The notes below the pieces were generated by a model. It was not told where the DNA came from. It ran no database searches and was given only the letters and a program-made list of their open reading frames with translations. This document shows, piece by piece, positions 28,501 through 41,600 of a stretch of DNA of 64,000 nt (position 1 is the first letter of the stretch; every line of letters begins with the position of its first letter). A program made the position numbers and the translations under genes. Source of the stretch: Chiloscyllium plagiosum (lineage: Eukaryota); NCBI RefSeq assembly GCF_004010195.1, contig NC_057725.1, positions 32,620,786 through 32,684,785 of the forward strand. Direction: 5' to 3'.

Positions 28501-29344
28501 GATAAAAGGGTTGGATAAAGAAACAGGAATTAGATTATAATAATCAAAATCTGCACTGCTCGAGTCAGTGGTTGAAGGAGCTACAGTATAAATAGCACCA
28601 ATATGTCAATTATTTTACACCCTAGAGTATTCCAGCTACTCTGTTGCAGTAATTAAAATTATTCCAAAAAGCCACCGAAAAGAACAAGCCTTTAGTGTAC
28701 TTTTGTTAGCAACTAAAATCATACCATGAAAGTGAGGATTTCTATGAGAAAAATAAATCTGATTTAATTGAATTGTTAATATCAAATCACAATCTCTTAA
28801 CATCTTGACGATTTAGGGACTCAATTTGAAAATACAGAGCAGAGTTTTCACCAGTACTGTTAAGTGCAGTTTATAACAACATGCTAATCAATGATAGCAC
28901 TTCTGACGGTTTGATATCCTCAGGTTGTACACTTTCTTTAAAAACTTTGTGCTACATTATTGGAGTTAAGTTTTAAGACATAAGAGAGTGCAACCCAGAG
29001 AAGGTTTGCATGTAAATCTCAAATAGTTTCCACAGAGCATAGGTAATACCATAACTCTGTCCTCAAACTCCAATTTTCTTTTAAAATGCATTTAATACCA
29101 GGGCATACAAATTGAACAAAATCTGTTTTTTATCTATTAATTATAGTATATTATTGTAATTTTTTTAATATATTGGATGAAGACCACAATGATAGAAACT
29201 CCTGTAAAACAAAGAATATCTCAATAAGCTAAGGCAACTTGACAGACAACATAGTTCTCTAGGTGGACTTATCATGTTCAATTGTTCAAAATTTGCTAGT
29301 ATTTAAAACAAATTATTAAGGAGCACTGAAAATGCAGAACATAC

Positions 29345-29652
29345 CTAAACCTGGAGAACGTACGTCTTCTCTACAATATCATTGGTTTTTGGATGCCGAA
29401 CTTCACAAGTGTATTCTGTTCTGCCTTCAACTACGTCAATTGGTAGCCTTGTAACTGTAGAGTAAAGTCCCTTCTCATCGATTTTGGGTATTTCAGTGTT
29501 TTTCTCATCCTTGTATTCTGTCCATCCCTTGCTCCAAATAACCAGTATATCCATGGGACAAAAATGCTCAATCTTGCAGCAAAGAATAGCTTTTTTTCCC
29601 TTTTTGGGATGAGGAGGTTGACACTCTATTTCTGATACTTCAGGAGTCATAG
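29345..29652 (-). CDS. Last coding exon: post-TM C1 domain 6 and stop codon
   Basis: Acceptor catttctcgtag|CT; [20 protein letters not shown], ends YVLQV-TAG. Confidence 0.87.
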
Positions 29653-32600
29653 CTACGAGAAATGCAGAAACAAAATGTAAGTTCTCAAAGATACCAACTG
29701 TAATCGGAGACAATTTAAATAAATTTATATTTAGGTTTCAAAGGCTTAAATGTTTTTTTCAGTAACTGCTCAAGTTAAGTGGTTATATTAAGTTCCAAAA
29801 AGTAATATAATGTGTTTACTATCAAAGTATTTAGAAAAGCTAGATCAAACTTGTACTTAGTAATTTCCACTGATCTGATAAAGCAAATGTTTCTCTCTTC
29901 AACCAACAGCCAATGTTATAATATTAACAACAGTGAGGGTGTTGCTGCTCACTGTTACACATAAAAATCAACAATTTCTTATGCCCACCCTTGTCTAATT
30001 AAACAGTGAAATCTGGAAAATACTGGTACCCCTCCACAGACTGCACTGGTGCAATCTCCGCTAATCTGCACATAAATCTGCTAAACTAATTGCCGACCAT
30101 TCTCACTTCCCTTAGGCCATCCTTGCCTTACCTGGATTGGCCCACATGTGACTCCAAACTCGCAGCAGTGTGGTTGACTCTTAATTGCCTTCTGGGCAAT
30201 TTTGGATGGGTAACAGATGCTGGCCTAGTCATCAACACCCACATCCAATGAATGAATAAAAAAAATTTGAACATGTCATCATTTTAATCAGGAGTCACTG
30301 AATTGGAATAATACACTAAGTGGTAATCACCACTCAACCTCCTAGCTGACATTAATAATTTTACAAGTTTGGAGTTTCATTTTCTCAAAATAAAATTAAT
30401 AGTGTAAATTACATTTTTAAAAGCATAGTTTTCCATCTTCACATATTTTATGTTAATCCTAGGTTTCTGCCTGAACCTTCATTTGTTTCTTGTATGATTT
30501 ATGTGAATTACATTTCCTTTTTTAAAAAGCTGGTGCTCTGCTGTCTGCATGCGCTGGTGATAATTCTTCAATCTGATCAGTTGAACAGCCTCCCTGTTAG
30601 TTGGCTGGCTCACAGATGCCATCAATTCCCTGTAGCCATTACCCATTTCTAACAAAATGCTGGAAGAAAAGTGATAATCCCTCAAAGCTTAAACATCAGA
30701 GCACAAGATCCACTCACCTTGGAGGGGAAGGTGAATATGTCGTGTAAATTTATCACCTTTGTCTTTGTCTTTATACTGAAGGAATAATTTTCTTTCAAAG
30801 TCTTCTGCAGTCACTAAAAATTTCAGACACGCATCTATCTTGTAGGCTTTGTCAGAGTTAAGTATAGGCTTTGTATTTGTGACTCCTTTTTTAATTAATT
30901 GATATTCTTTATACCAGTCCACTGTAACATTCCGATGGGAAATTCCAGAAACTGAACAAAACACTGATAGGTGCTGTCCATATGAAGGGTTCTCTGGCTC
31001 CATCCTGAACACTGAAATTTTGGGTGAGCCTATTAACAGAGAGAAAATGACACATTTAAAAGATCCACAAAGCCAAATTAAGTCACTCCTACCTGTCAAT
31101 AGGTTTTCTTTATTTTAATTTTTCAAATTATGGATACTGCTGACAAGGCTATCATTTGTTATTCACCTCTTTTAACCCTTAACTCATGATAAGCTGCACC
31201 ACGTAGGTTTCTAATGTGTTGTTAAGTAAGGAATTTAGGATTTTATCCAGTTGTAATGAAGGAATGGCTTTGAATATCTAAAGCAGGGTGATAGCTGACT
31301 GCAGTAAAAGAAGCGACAGTGGCTGTCTACGTACCCTCTTGTCATATCCTTCTACGTGGTGGGGATCACAGGGTTGGAAAGTTAGTTGAAGAGGCCTTGG
31401 CAACTTGTCACAGTGCTTCCTGTACATATACACATCATAACCAAGTACACCACTGATGAACCAGTTAACCAGTTAACAGCTGGATAGGGTGCCAGTCAAC
31501 TAGCATATCTTAGCTTAGTGTTAAGATGCTTCAGTTTTGCTACAGCATCACCAATACAGCCATGTGGACGGTATTCAACCACACAATGCTGACAGATACC
31601 TTCTAGGTGGTGAAGAAGCTTTGGGAAATCACTTGAGTAATCAACAGAACGTCCAGCCTTTGATCTGCTCCATTGGCTATGACATTTATGTGGCTGATCC
31701 TGTGTAGTTTTTGACCACTAGTGATTCCCTGATATTGATGGCATGGATTCAATGATTTGATTTGTTTTGATTTATTATTGTCACATGTACCAAGATATAG
31801 TACTGTATTTTGTGCTAAACAAACAAATCACACCTTACATTAGTAATCAGCGTAATTGAACAGAATGCAGAATATAGTGTTACAGCTACAGAGAATGTGC
31901 AGAGAAAGATCAACTTTGAGAGGTCTGTTGATTTATCTGATAACAGTAGGATACTCACTGTTCTTAAATCAGTTGGAATGTATTTTCAAACTTTTGTATC
32001 TTCTGCCCTATGGAAGGGAGTGGAAGAGAGTATAACCAGAGTGGGAAGGGTGTTTGATTATGTTGGCTGCTTTCCCGAGATAGCCGCACATGTAGTTGGA
32101 GTCAATGGAAGGAAAGCTAGTTTTCATGATGGACTGGGCTGCATTCACAACTTTCTAATTTTTATAGTCTTGGCACAGCAGTTGCCATACCAAGCTATGA
32201 TTCATCTGGATAGGATGCTTTCTATGGTGCATCTATAAAAATTGATAAGAGTCATTGTGGGCATGGTAAATTTCTTAGCCTTCTGAGGAAGTACAGGACA
32301 GGCATTGATGTGTTTTCTTGACTGTAGCGGCGACATGGTTGGCCAAGCAGATTGTTAGTGATATTTACTCCAAGGAACGTGACCCTCTTGACCACGTCCA
32401 TCTCAGCATCATTGAGAGGGGCATATCCTCCACTCCACTTCCTGAAGTTGAAGACCAGTTCTTTCATTTTGCTGATATTGAGGGAGAGATTGTTATCTTT
32501 ACACCATGTTCAAGTTCCTGTACTCTGTCTTGTTGTTTGAGATCCGATCCACTAGAGTAGTGTTATCAGCAAATTTGGAAGCGGAGTTAGAGCTGAATTT

Positions 32601-35600
32601 GGCAATGCAGCCACGAGGGTAGAAGGTATATAGTGAGGGGCTGAGAATGCAGCCTTGCGGGACATCGATATTGAGGATCATCATGGCGGAGGTGTTGTCG
32701 CCTATCCTTACTGATTGCGGTCTGTGGGTCAGGAAGTTGAGGATCCAGTCACAGAGCAGTTGTAGTGTCTTAGACCTCAGAGTTTGGAGAGGAGTTTTGT
32801 TGGAGTTATTGACTTTACCTCCAACTTCAACACATAAATAGTAGTCTGACATAGGTGTCCTTGTTACCTAAATATTCCAGGGATAAGTGTAGGGCTATGG
32901 AGATGGTCTCCACTGCAGACCTATTGTAACAGTAGACAAATTGTAGCGGATCAAGGTAATCTGGGAGGCTGGAGTTGATGTGTGTGGTAACTAACCTCTC
33001 AAAGTACTTCATAATGATGGATATCAGAGTGACTGGATGGTAGTCATAAGGCATTCTGCCTGATTTGTCTTTGGCATCAGGAAGATAGAGGACTTCTTGA
33101 GGCAGGTGGGAACCTTGTATCGTACTAAGGAGAGGGTAAAGGTTTCTGCAAAAATACTCCCTCCTGTTGGTCTGCACAGGATCGAGTGCTTGGCAGAGGG
33201 GTCCATCCGAGTAAGTTACTTTCTGTGGGTTCATCCTCAAGGAGGCTGATCTGAAGCCTAAGGCAGTGACTGTGGGCACATGTACACCAAATGTGAAGCA
33301 GTAAAAAGTAGATTAGATTAGATTAGATTACTTACAGTGTGGAAACAGGCCCTTCAGCCCAACAAGTCCACAACGACCCGCCGAAGCGCAACCCACCCAG
33401 ACCCATTCCCCTACGCCTAACGCCAAGGGCAATTTAACACGGCCAATTCACCTAACCTGCACATTTTTGGACTGTGGGAGGAAACCGGAGCACTCGGAGG
33501 AAACTCACGCAGACACGGGGAGAATGTGCAAACTCCACACAGTCAGTCGCTGAGGCGGGAACTGAACCCAGGTCTCTGGCGCTGTGAGGCAGCAGTGCTA
33601 ACCACTGTGCCACCGTGCCGCCCACGACATTGATTATCTGTTGTATGATTAGGATACTTAGAATCACAAAATCACTAGTGTGGAAGCAAGTCATTAAGTC
33701 CATACTGACTCTCCAAACAGCAGCCCACTCAGACCCACTCTCCTATTCTATCCCTGTAACCTTGCATTCTTCTGGCTAATCCACCTAGCTGCACATCCTT
33801 GGACACAATGGGCAATTTAGCATAGCCAATCTATTAAACTTACAGATCTTTGGACTGTGGGAGGAAACTGGAGCATCCACACAGACATGGGGAGAATATG
33901 CAAACTCCACACAGTTGCCATCGGTTGGAATCGAACCCGGGTCCCTGGTCCTGTGAGGCAGCAGTGCTAACCACTGAGCCATCATACCATCCATTTCACA
34001 ATATCATTAATCAAAAAAAAATTATTTGTGACAGATTCAGTTATTTTTATTCAGAACAAAGAAAGGGAAAGAAATGCATAATGGCACAGTTAAAATGTTT
34101 TTGCATATCAAATACAATTCAATTAACCTTTTCATAAGCAAGTTCCAATGGATTAGAAAACACCTTTGTTTATAAAGGGAAGGAAACATCTGTTGATATC
34201 TGTTACTGGGAATATGTAAGAATTTATTATAAAGGATGTGATATTTAAAATGTATAATATGATCAAGCAGAGTCCACATGGTTTCCTAAAGGGGAAAATC
34301 ATATCTGACATAGAATTACTGGATGAGTAACAAGCAGGAGAGAAAAAAGGGAAGTAATTGGTGTAATATATTTTTACTTTCAGAAGTTGTTTAATAATGT
34401 ACCACACCTACTGAATAAGGTTCAAGAAATAGCATGTTAGCATGGATAAAAGATTGGCTAACTAACAGAAGACAGAGTTGGATAAGAAGACATTTTCAGA
34501 ATGGCAACCTCTAACAGGGACCACAATTGATTAAAATGTATATGAATGTATATTAATGACTTGGATGAGGAAAATGTTTGTACCAAAGCCAACCTGGCAG
34601 ATCACACAAAAACAGGTGGGAAGGCAAGTGGTGAGGAAAAGACTCTGCAGGGGGATATAGACAGTTAAGCAAGTGGATACTAACTTGGTGGCTAGAATAT
34701 AATATAGGGAGATAAGAGGTTAGGCAGGAATGCAGGAGGGAGGAATAGAGGTGTTGAATATTATTTCAATGGAGAAAGACTGCAGAACATTACATAACAG
34801 AGGGATTAGCGAGTCCTCGTCCATGAATCACAAAAAGTTACCATCCAAGTTTGGGGGCAATACAGAAGGCAAATTGAATGTTTGCCTTTATTTCAAAGGG
34901 AATGGAATATGAAATATGAAGATTTTGCTAAAACTACACAGCATAAGTCTGACTGCTGCTGGAATACTGTGAACAGTTTTGTGCCCCTTATCTATAGAAA
35001 GATGTACTTGCATTAGAAGCAATCCAAAGAAGATTCACTATGCTGATATCCGGTATGGAGGGTCTATATTGAGAAGAGATGGAATAAATTGTATCTGCAA
35101 TTGTTAAAATATAGGATAATGAGAGGAGACGTTATTGAAACATTGAAGACTTGCATGGGACTTGATAGGGCAGATGCTGAAAGGCTATTTCACCTTGTGG
35201 GAGAGTCCAGCACCAAAGGGCATTGTCTCCAAACAAGAGATTGCAATTTAAACAGAGATGAGGAGGAATTTTGTCTGAGGGTAGTGAATTGGTGAAATTC
35301 TTTACCAGAAAGGGCTATTGAGACTTGATCATTAAGTATATTCAAGATGGAGTTAGACAGATTTTTAATCGGCAAGGAATTAAGGGTTATAGGGAAAACA
35401 CAGGAAAGTGGAGTTGTGAATTATCCAATCGATCTGATTCAATGATACAGCAGATACAATGGGCTGAATGGCCCATTTCTTCTTATGGTCTTATTTCATT
35501 TAATCAAATAGAATACTTTTATCTCACCTTTAAGACATAGCTGGAAACATTTCTTAATAGGTTTGGTTGAAGATTTTGAATGGCAAACTTCGATCCTATA

Positions 35601-38600
35601 TTCAACTTGATGATCATCTGTACTCGGAGTCAAAGTTACTGTGGTGACTTTGCTGTGCAGACCATCTTTACAGGAATTTTGCTCCACAATTTTCTCATAT
35701 TTGACGTTATTGTTAATTCTCACTTCGTTTCTGAACCATTCAACTTGAATATCCTCTGGATAATAGTCACTTATATTACAGGTTAAAATCAACTCCTTCC
35801 CTACTTCAGGGTTGGCAGAATTGCTTGTAATTTCAGATACTTGAGGATGGGATACTGAAATCAAGAGAAACATTAAGAAATACATTTTACTGGCTTTCAT
35901 TTCAGACCTCAGTACCAAAAATTATATAACAAACTATTTTGAACTTACTCAATTGCTGTATTTGGAAAACAACAAATATGCAGGCTGCTAATACTAATTA
36001 TTACATGTACATGCAAAAAAACTTCATATTTTATGTTAACTCAATTCTCTTGGCTAGTTTGTTGTGATAAAACCCCACAAAAATATTTCCTTCCCAAATA
36101 AAAGTCACATTTTAGCACCAGAACGGCTCAGCTTATAAAGAAACAATGTTCTAAAAGAGTATAAACTGAACTATCCCGAGAATAAATCACCAGAATACTG
36201 GCACCTCACCTGGAACTGGATTATACCAACACCCAACATTATACTTGGTTGCTATTCCAAAATGCTGTAGTTGAGTTTTACTTAATTTCAAACAATGGCT
36301 GTAGATACAATATAATGATTTTACTACTAATACATTCAGAACAGTCATCATTGAGCAAAAAAAAAGTGCTTGTCCATACTAAAATAGCATAAAATTTTTA
36401 AAAATCAAGATTTTTGTGCCTGGTCAAGCATTATTTCTTGAACATTACTTTGGGAAAAAAATGTACTTGGGCATCACTGGCCAGGCCAGCACTTCTTGCC
36501 CCTCTCTCAATTGCTCAAGAAGATAGTGGCGAGCTGCCTTCCTGAATCACTGCTTTCATTCTGCTGTACATGGTTCGACATCATCATTGATACTGTTGAG
36601 AAATTAGGCAGTGCACTTCTCCCTACCATTTCTGTGATGCCAGATCTACCGTTAGTTTGGCAATGTAACTAATCTTTCTTACACAATTTTGTCCCGTCAG
36701 CCCTTCTCTTTACTGAATTATTTTACATGCAGCTCTTCAATGCTTAAAATTTATTAAGGAGTGATATAGAGGACGTAATATCACAAAAATACACCACTAA
36801 CTAAATACACCAAAATGTTATTTCATTTTGATGACAATGATCTGATTTTAGGATAAGGTGAATAATGTAGCAATCAGTGTAACTTGTGTGTTAGCTGAAA
36901 TCCTCTCTTAATAACAGTTTTAACTGTGAAATGATGTTACAAAAATATTTACATAGTTACCCATTCTATATCACTAAAATGCATTTAAATTCCCATAACA
37001 TTATTCTGCAAACTAAAAACAGCTGACTGCTAAATTCAAGCATCCTGGCCAGGGAACAAGATTAATTTCAGTGAATACAGTGAAACCGATGTAGTTGATT
37101 TGTAAATAAAACAAATATTGCAGAAAGGATTTTAAATAAGAATAAACATACCTAAATGTTCAGGAATATATTCTGCAAATCTTGGATACATAAGGCTCTT
37201 GTGATCGACCTGGCATTTATATTTACACTGTAGGTCTGATAAGGTTGGAGTAATTATAAATGAACTGGTAACTTCGTGCAATCCATTCTCTGAATTTTGA
37301 ACAGTTTCAGGTGTTTGTGATTCCACTACATCATCATTTTTCAACCAATGGACAGTAATACTTTCAGGATAAAAGGAATGCACTTTGCAGGTTAGAGTCA
37401 ACGTTTCTCCAATTACAGGGTTCACAGGGTCACTTAAGATGGCATCAAGAGATGGGAAAGCTGGAAAATAAAATATTAGAACATTACCTCATTTATACAT
37501 TCACATATAGTTTCCCTGTTATGAAGAACTCTCATTTTCAGTGATCTCACTGTTCTACTTTAATGAATAACAGGATCTTTAACATCCATATAAAACCTGA
37601 TACGGAACCTCAGTTTAACATCCCAGCCAAAGATGATTCTCCAGCAGTGTCATACTCATTCCTTACTGAATAGAAAGGTCAGTCTGGAATGTGGCATGAA
37701 TCAAACACCTCAGCTACCAAGTGAACCAAGATATTGGAAGAGGAAATGACAAATACGTGTACATATTGGCATATGTAGAAAAAGGTTTCAAGGGCGATTA
37801 TTGATCATGCCATAAAAGTATCTTTAGGCAATTCACAATCTGGAGTCCAGCAGTAGGGGGTGGTATTGATGTTACAATAGATTACAGATCAGAATAGGAA
37901 AGGAAGAAAAAGAAGTCCCAACACTTTTTTCAACTAATTATTGTAATTTAGGAAATACAACAAGAGATTGATGACTGCAAGTTCTCACAAATATCAGTGC
38001 AATAATGCTTCAAACATACTTTTTATGTGATGTAGGTAAAACAAAACAAATCAGAACAAAATGAAAAAGAAATGGCATTGTGAAATCAAATGTAGAAAAC
38101 ACCACAGAAATAAACAAGAGGCCCCGTAGCAGCTGTTAAAAGAGAAGAGACAGTATTGTTTTAGTTATGGACTGTCAAGCCAAATGGGGCAGGTGTTTCC
38201 ACAACATCATTTTCTCCATTGAATCTGTGTCTCACTAACATTCTAAGATACAGAATCAATTACACACAGGATACCCCGGTGAGGATGCCATCTCTGAGAC
38301 AAAGAGCTTTCTTTATACAACAATCCTTCATTTTCTTACTATAACTACTCTCTACTAACAAAGGTAGCTTATAATGCATGGCTAGTTTTCCAGTAATTCA
38401 ATGGCTTTTGTGTGTGTTCGTAAGTTCATAAGATACAGGAGCAGAATTAGGCAATTTGGCCCATTGAGTCTACTCTGCTATTCCATCATTGCTGATATGC
38501 TTCTCATCTCTATTTTCCTGTTGTCTCTCTATAACCCTTCAACCCATTATCAATTAAAAATCTGTCTAACTCCTCCTTAAATTTACTCACTGTCCCAGCA

Positions 38601-41600
38601 CCCACCACACTTTGGGGTAGCAAATACCACAGATTCACAACCCTTTGGGAGAAGTAGTTTCTCCTCAACTCTGTTTACATTTGCTACCCCTTATCCTACA
38701 ACTATGCCCTCTCATCCAAGAATGCTCACAAGAAGAAAAAGCATCTGATCCACATCTATTTTATCTGTACCTTTCATCATCTTGAATACCTCAATTTGAT
38801 TTCTCTTTTTGTGTGTGAAGAAAGAAGATGCCTATGACTACAGAACTTGAATCAAAAAGTTAATCGAATGTGTTTGGTGGTCAGGAACTGATTCCAATTG
38901 CCACTCAGTTTGTCTCTCATTATCCACACTCAGAGCAGATTTGGTAGAGTGCTGTCCACTGTAATTAAGAGAGGGTGAAGCAAGAAAACTCTGGCTATTT
39001 GGTTGAATACATCCAGGCAGTGGCACAATACCAGCTGCACAAATATTAGCTTCTGTTTCTTCACAAATATTAGCTTCTATGATATTCTTCATATCAATGT
39101 GATACATACAAACATGAATTAGGAGCAGTAGACTAGTCAGCTTCACGAGACTGCTCAGCCACTTCTTTAGTTCACAGCTAAATCTGTTGTGGCCACAAGT
39201 CTACTTTTCCCCATCTCCTCACATCCTTTTTACTCCCTTGTTAGTCAAAACTCTGCCTGTCTAACCGTGCCATAAAAAATATTCAAGGACCCTGCCTCCA
39301 TTGTGGAAGAAAACTCCATATTCACGACCTCAAGAGAAAGAGGACAGAAGATGTCCCATCTTAAGTGAGACAAATAAATGAAAAGAAAATTGTGTTTTTG
39401 TGTTACCTGTTACGTCCAGTTGAACCTGTTCCTCTGCTGGACTGCTCAAGCCAATGTGTTCAACTTTACAGAAGTACTGACTTTTGTCTTCTTCTTGGAT
39501 TGTTGCATTAAAAAGCAGCATGCTGTAGACACTGCGAGTGTGGTCAGAATAATTAAATCCAGTCATATAATGGGAATATTTATCTGGATACATATTTTCT
39601 TCCTTTGCATTGTCTAAAAGCAGCAAAGGGATTTTCTCTCCACCCATTTCTTTATACCATGTGATCTTTAGAGGATGTGGCTTGAAAAAATTTATCGGAC
39701 AGGTTAGCGTCACAGAACTGTCATGCTGTACATTTGGTGGCTTAATTATGTGAGCCAACTTAGGAGGAACTGAAGAGGGAAAAAAACACATCAGTTTCAG
39801 TCATAGAGAACTTAAGATAAACATTATTCCTTCCTTTTTAAAAAAAAACATAAATCTTTCACCAAAACAAATGCAATCATAAACACTGTTGTGTCTGTTT
39901 ATCTTAATCCTTTCTAAAGTTTTCCAATTATTCAAGTAGTCTGCTCTCCATTCTAACCCCTGCTGGAGTTCTTGTTTGTCTTCAGTTGTACTAATTTGCA
40001 GTCATGCCAAAAATTCCATTCCAAATTCCAGAAACGTAAAACGTAACAGAAAGGTAAAGTCACCCAGGGCACAGTTAGGAACATAGGAACAGCAGGAAGC
40101 AATTCAGCCCCATAAGCTTACTCTGTTATCCAATTAAATTATGGCTCATTTTGAATCTTAATGCTATCTATTTCCTACAAGACCTATTATACCTCAAAAG
40201 TACTTTATCAGTTATAAAGTGCCTTACGTTCCTTAGATTATAGAGCTCATGATTTGGAGATGCCGGTGTTGGACTGGGGTGTACAAAGTTAAAAATCACA
40301 CAACACTAGGTTATAGTCCAACAGGTTTAATTGGAAGCACACTAGCTTTCGGAGCGTCGCTCCTTCATCAGGTGGTAGTGGGCCATCAGGCCACTACCAC
40401 CTGATGAAAGAGCGATGCTCCGAAAGCTAGTGTGCTTCCAATTAAACCTGTTGGACTATAACCTGGTGTTGTGTGATTTTTAACTTAGATTATAGAAGTT
40501 GCTTTGTAAAAATGCAAGTGTTTCTTTCAATACCCTTGCCCAGCTAAAAAAAATCAAACTCAATTTTGAATTGACCCAACCTCTCACAAACAAGGAACAA
40601 AAGTAGATAAGTCAGGCCTTTGAGTTTGCTCAGCCATTCAGTAAGATTATGGCTGACCCGATTTAAAACGTATCCCTGATCATTTTTCATCCCCAATGTA
40701 ATCAAGTATATAACTATCTCTACATGAAAAATATTTGAAGATTTCGTAACCACTGCCTTTTGAGGAAGGTAATTCCAAAGACTCTCAACCCTCAGAAGGG
40801 AATAAGAAGTTTCCTTGTATCTGTTTTAAGTGTGCAACCCCTTAATTTTAAACTATGACCCCTTGTTCAAGATTCTCCCACAAGAGCAAACATCTTTCTG
40901 ACATCCACCTGGTCAGGTTCCCTCAGAATCTCATAAGTTTCAATTAAGTCATTTCTGATTTTTCAATATCCTAGAGAATAGCCATTCCCATAAGGCAATC
41001 TGCTTACTCCAGGTAATCATCTAGTAATCCTTCCATGTACTGCTTCAACTATCAATATCCTTTCATGAGCACAGTGACCAGTACTGCATACATTACTCCA
41101 GAGAGCAGGACCTGTATAACTGAAGTAATACTTCAAACTCTTACATTTAATCCCCTCATAATAAAACATAACATTCTATTAGCTTTGCTGATTACTTGCT
41201 GTGCCTACATACTAATATTCTGTGATTCATGCACCTCAGAGCTCTGAACCTTTCACCATTTAAATATGCCAAAATGGACAATATCACACTTTCCCACATT
41301 TTACTCCATTTGCCAGATCTTTACCCAATCATATAACCTACTTATATCTCTTTGTAGACTTAGATCCTCTTCAGAGCTCACTTTCCTACATATCCTGGTG
41401 TCACCATCAATTTTAGTCATTATACCTTCAATCTCTTCATCAAAACAATTTATATAAATTGTAAAGAGTTAAAACTCCAGCACCTAGCTCGTTGTACACT
41501 ACTTGTGACATCCTGCTGGCCTAAAAAAGACCTATTCATTCCTACTCTCAGCTTCCTGAAAGCCATGTAATCTTCTATCCAAGTTAATGTTACCTCTCTA

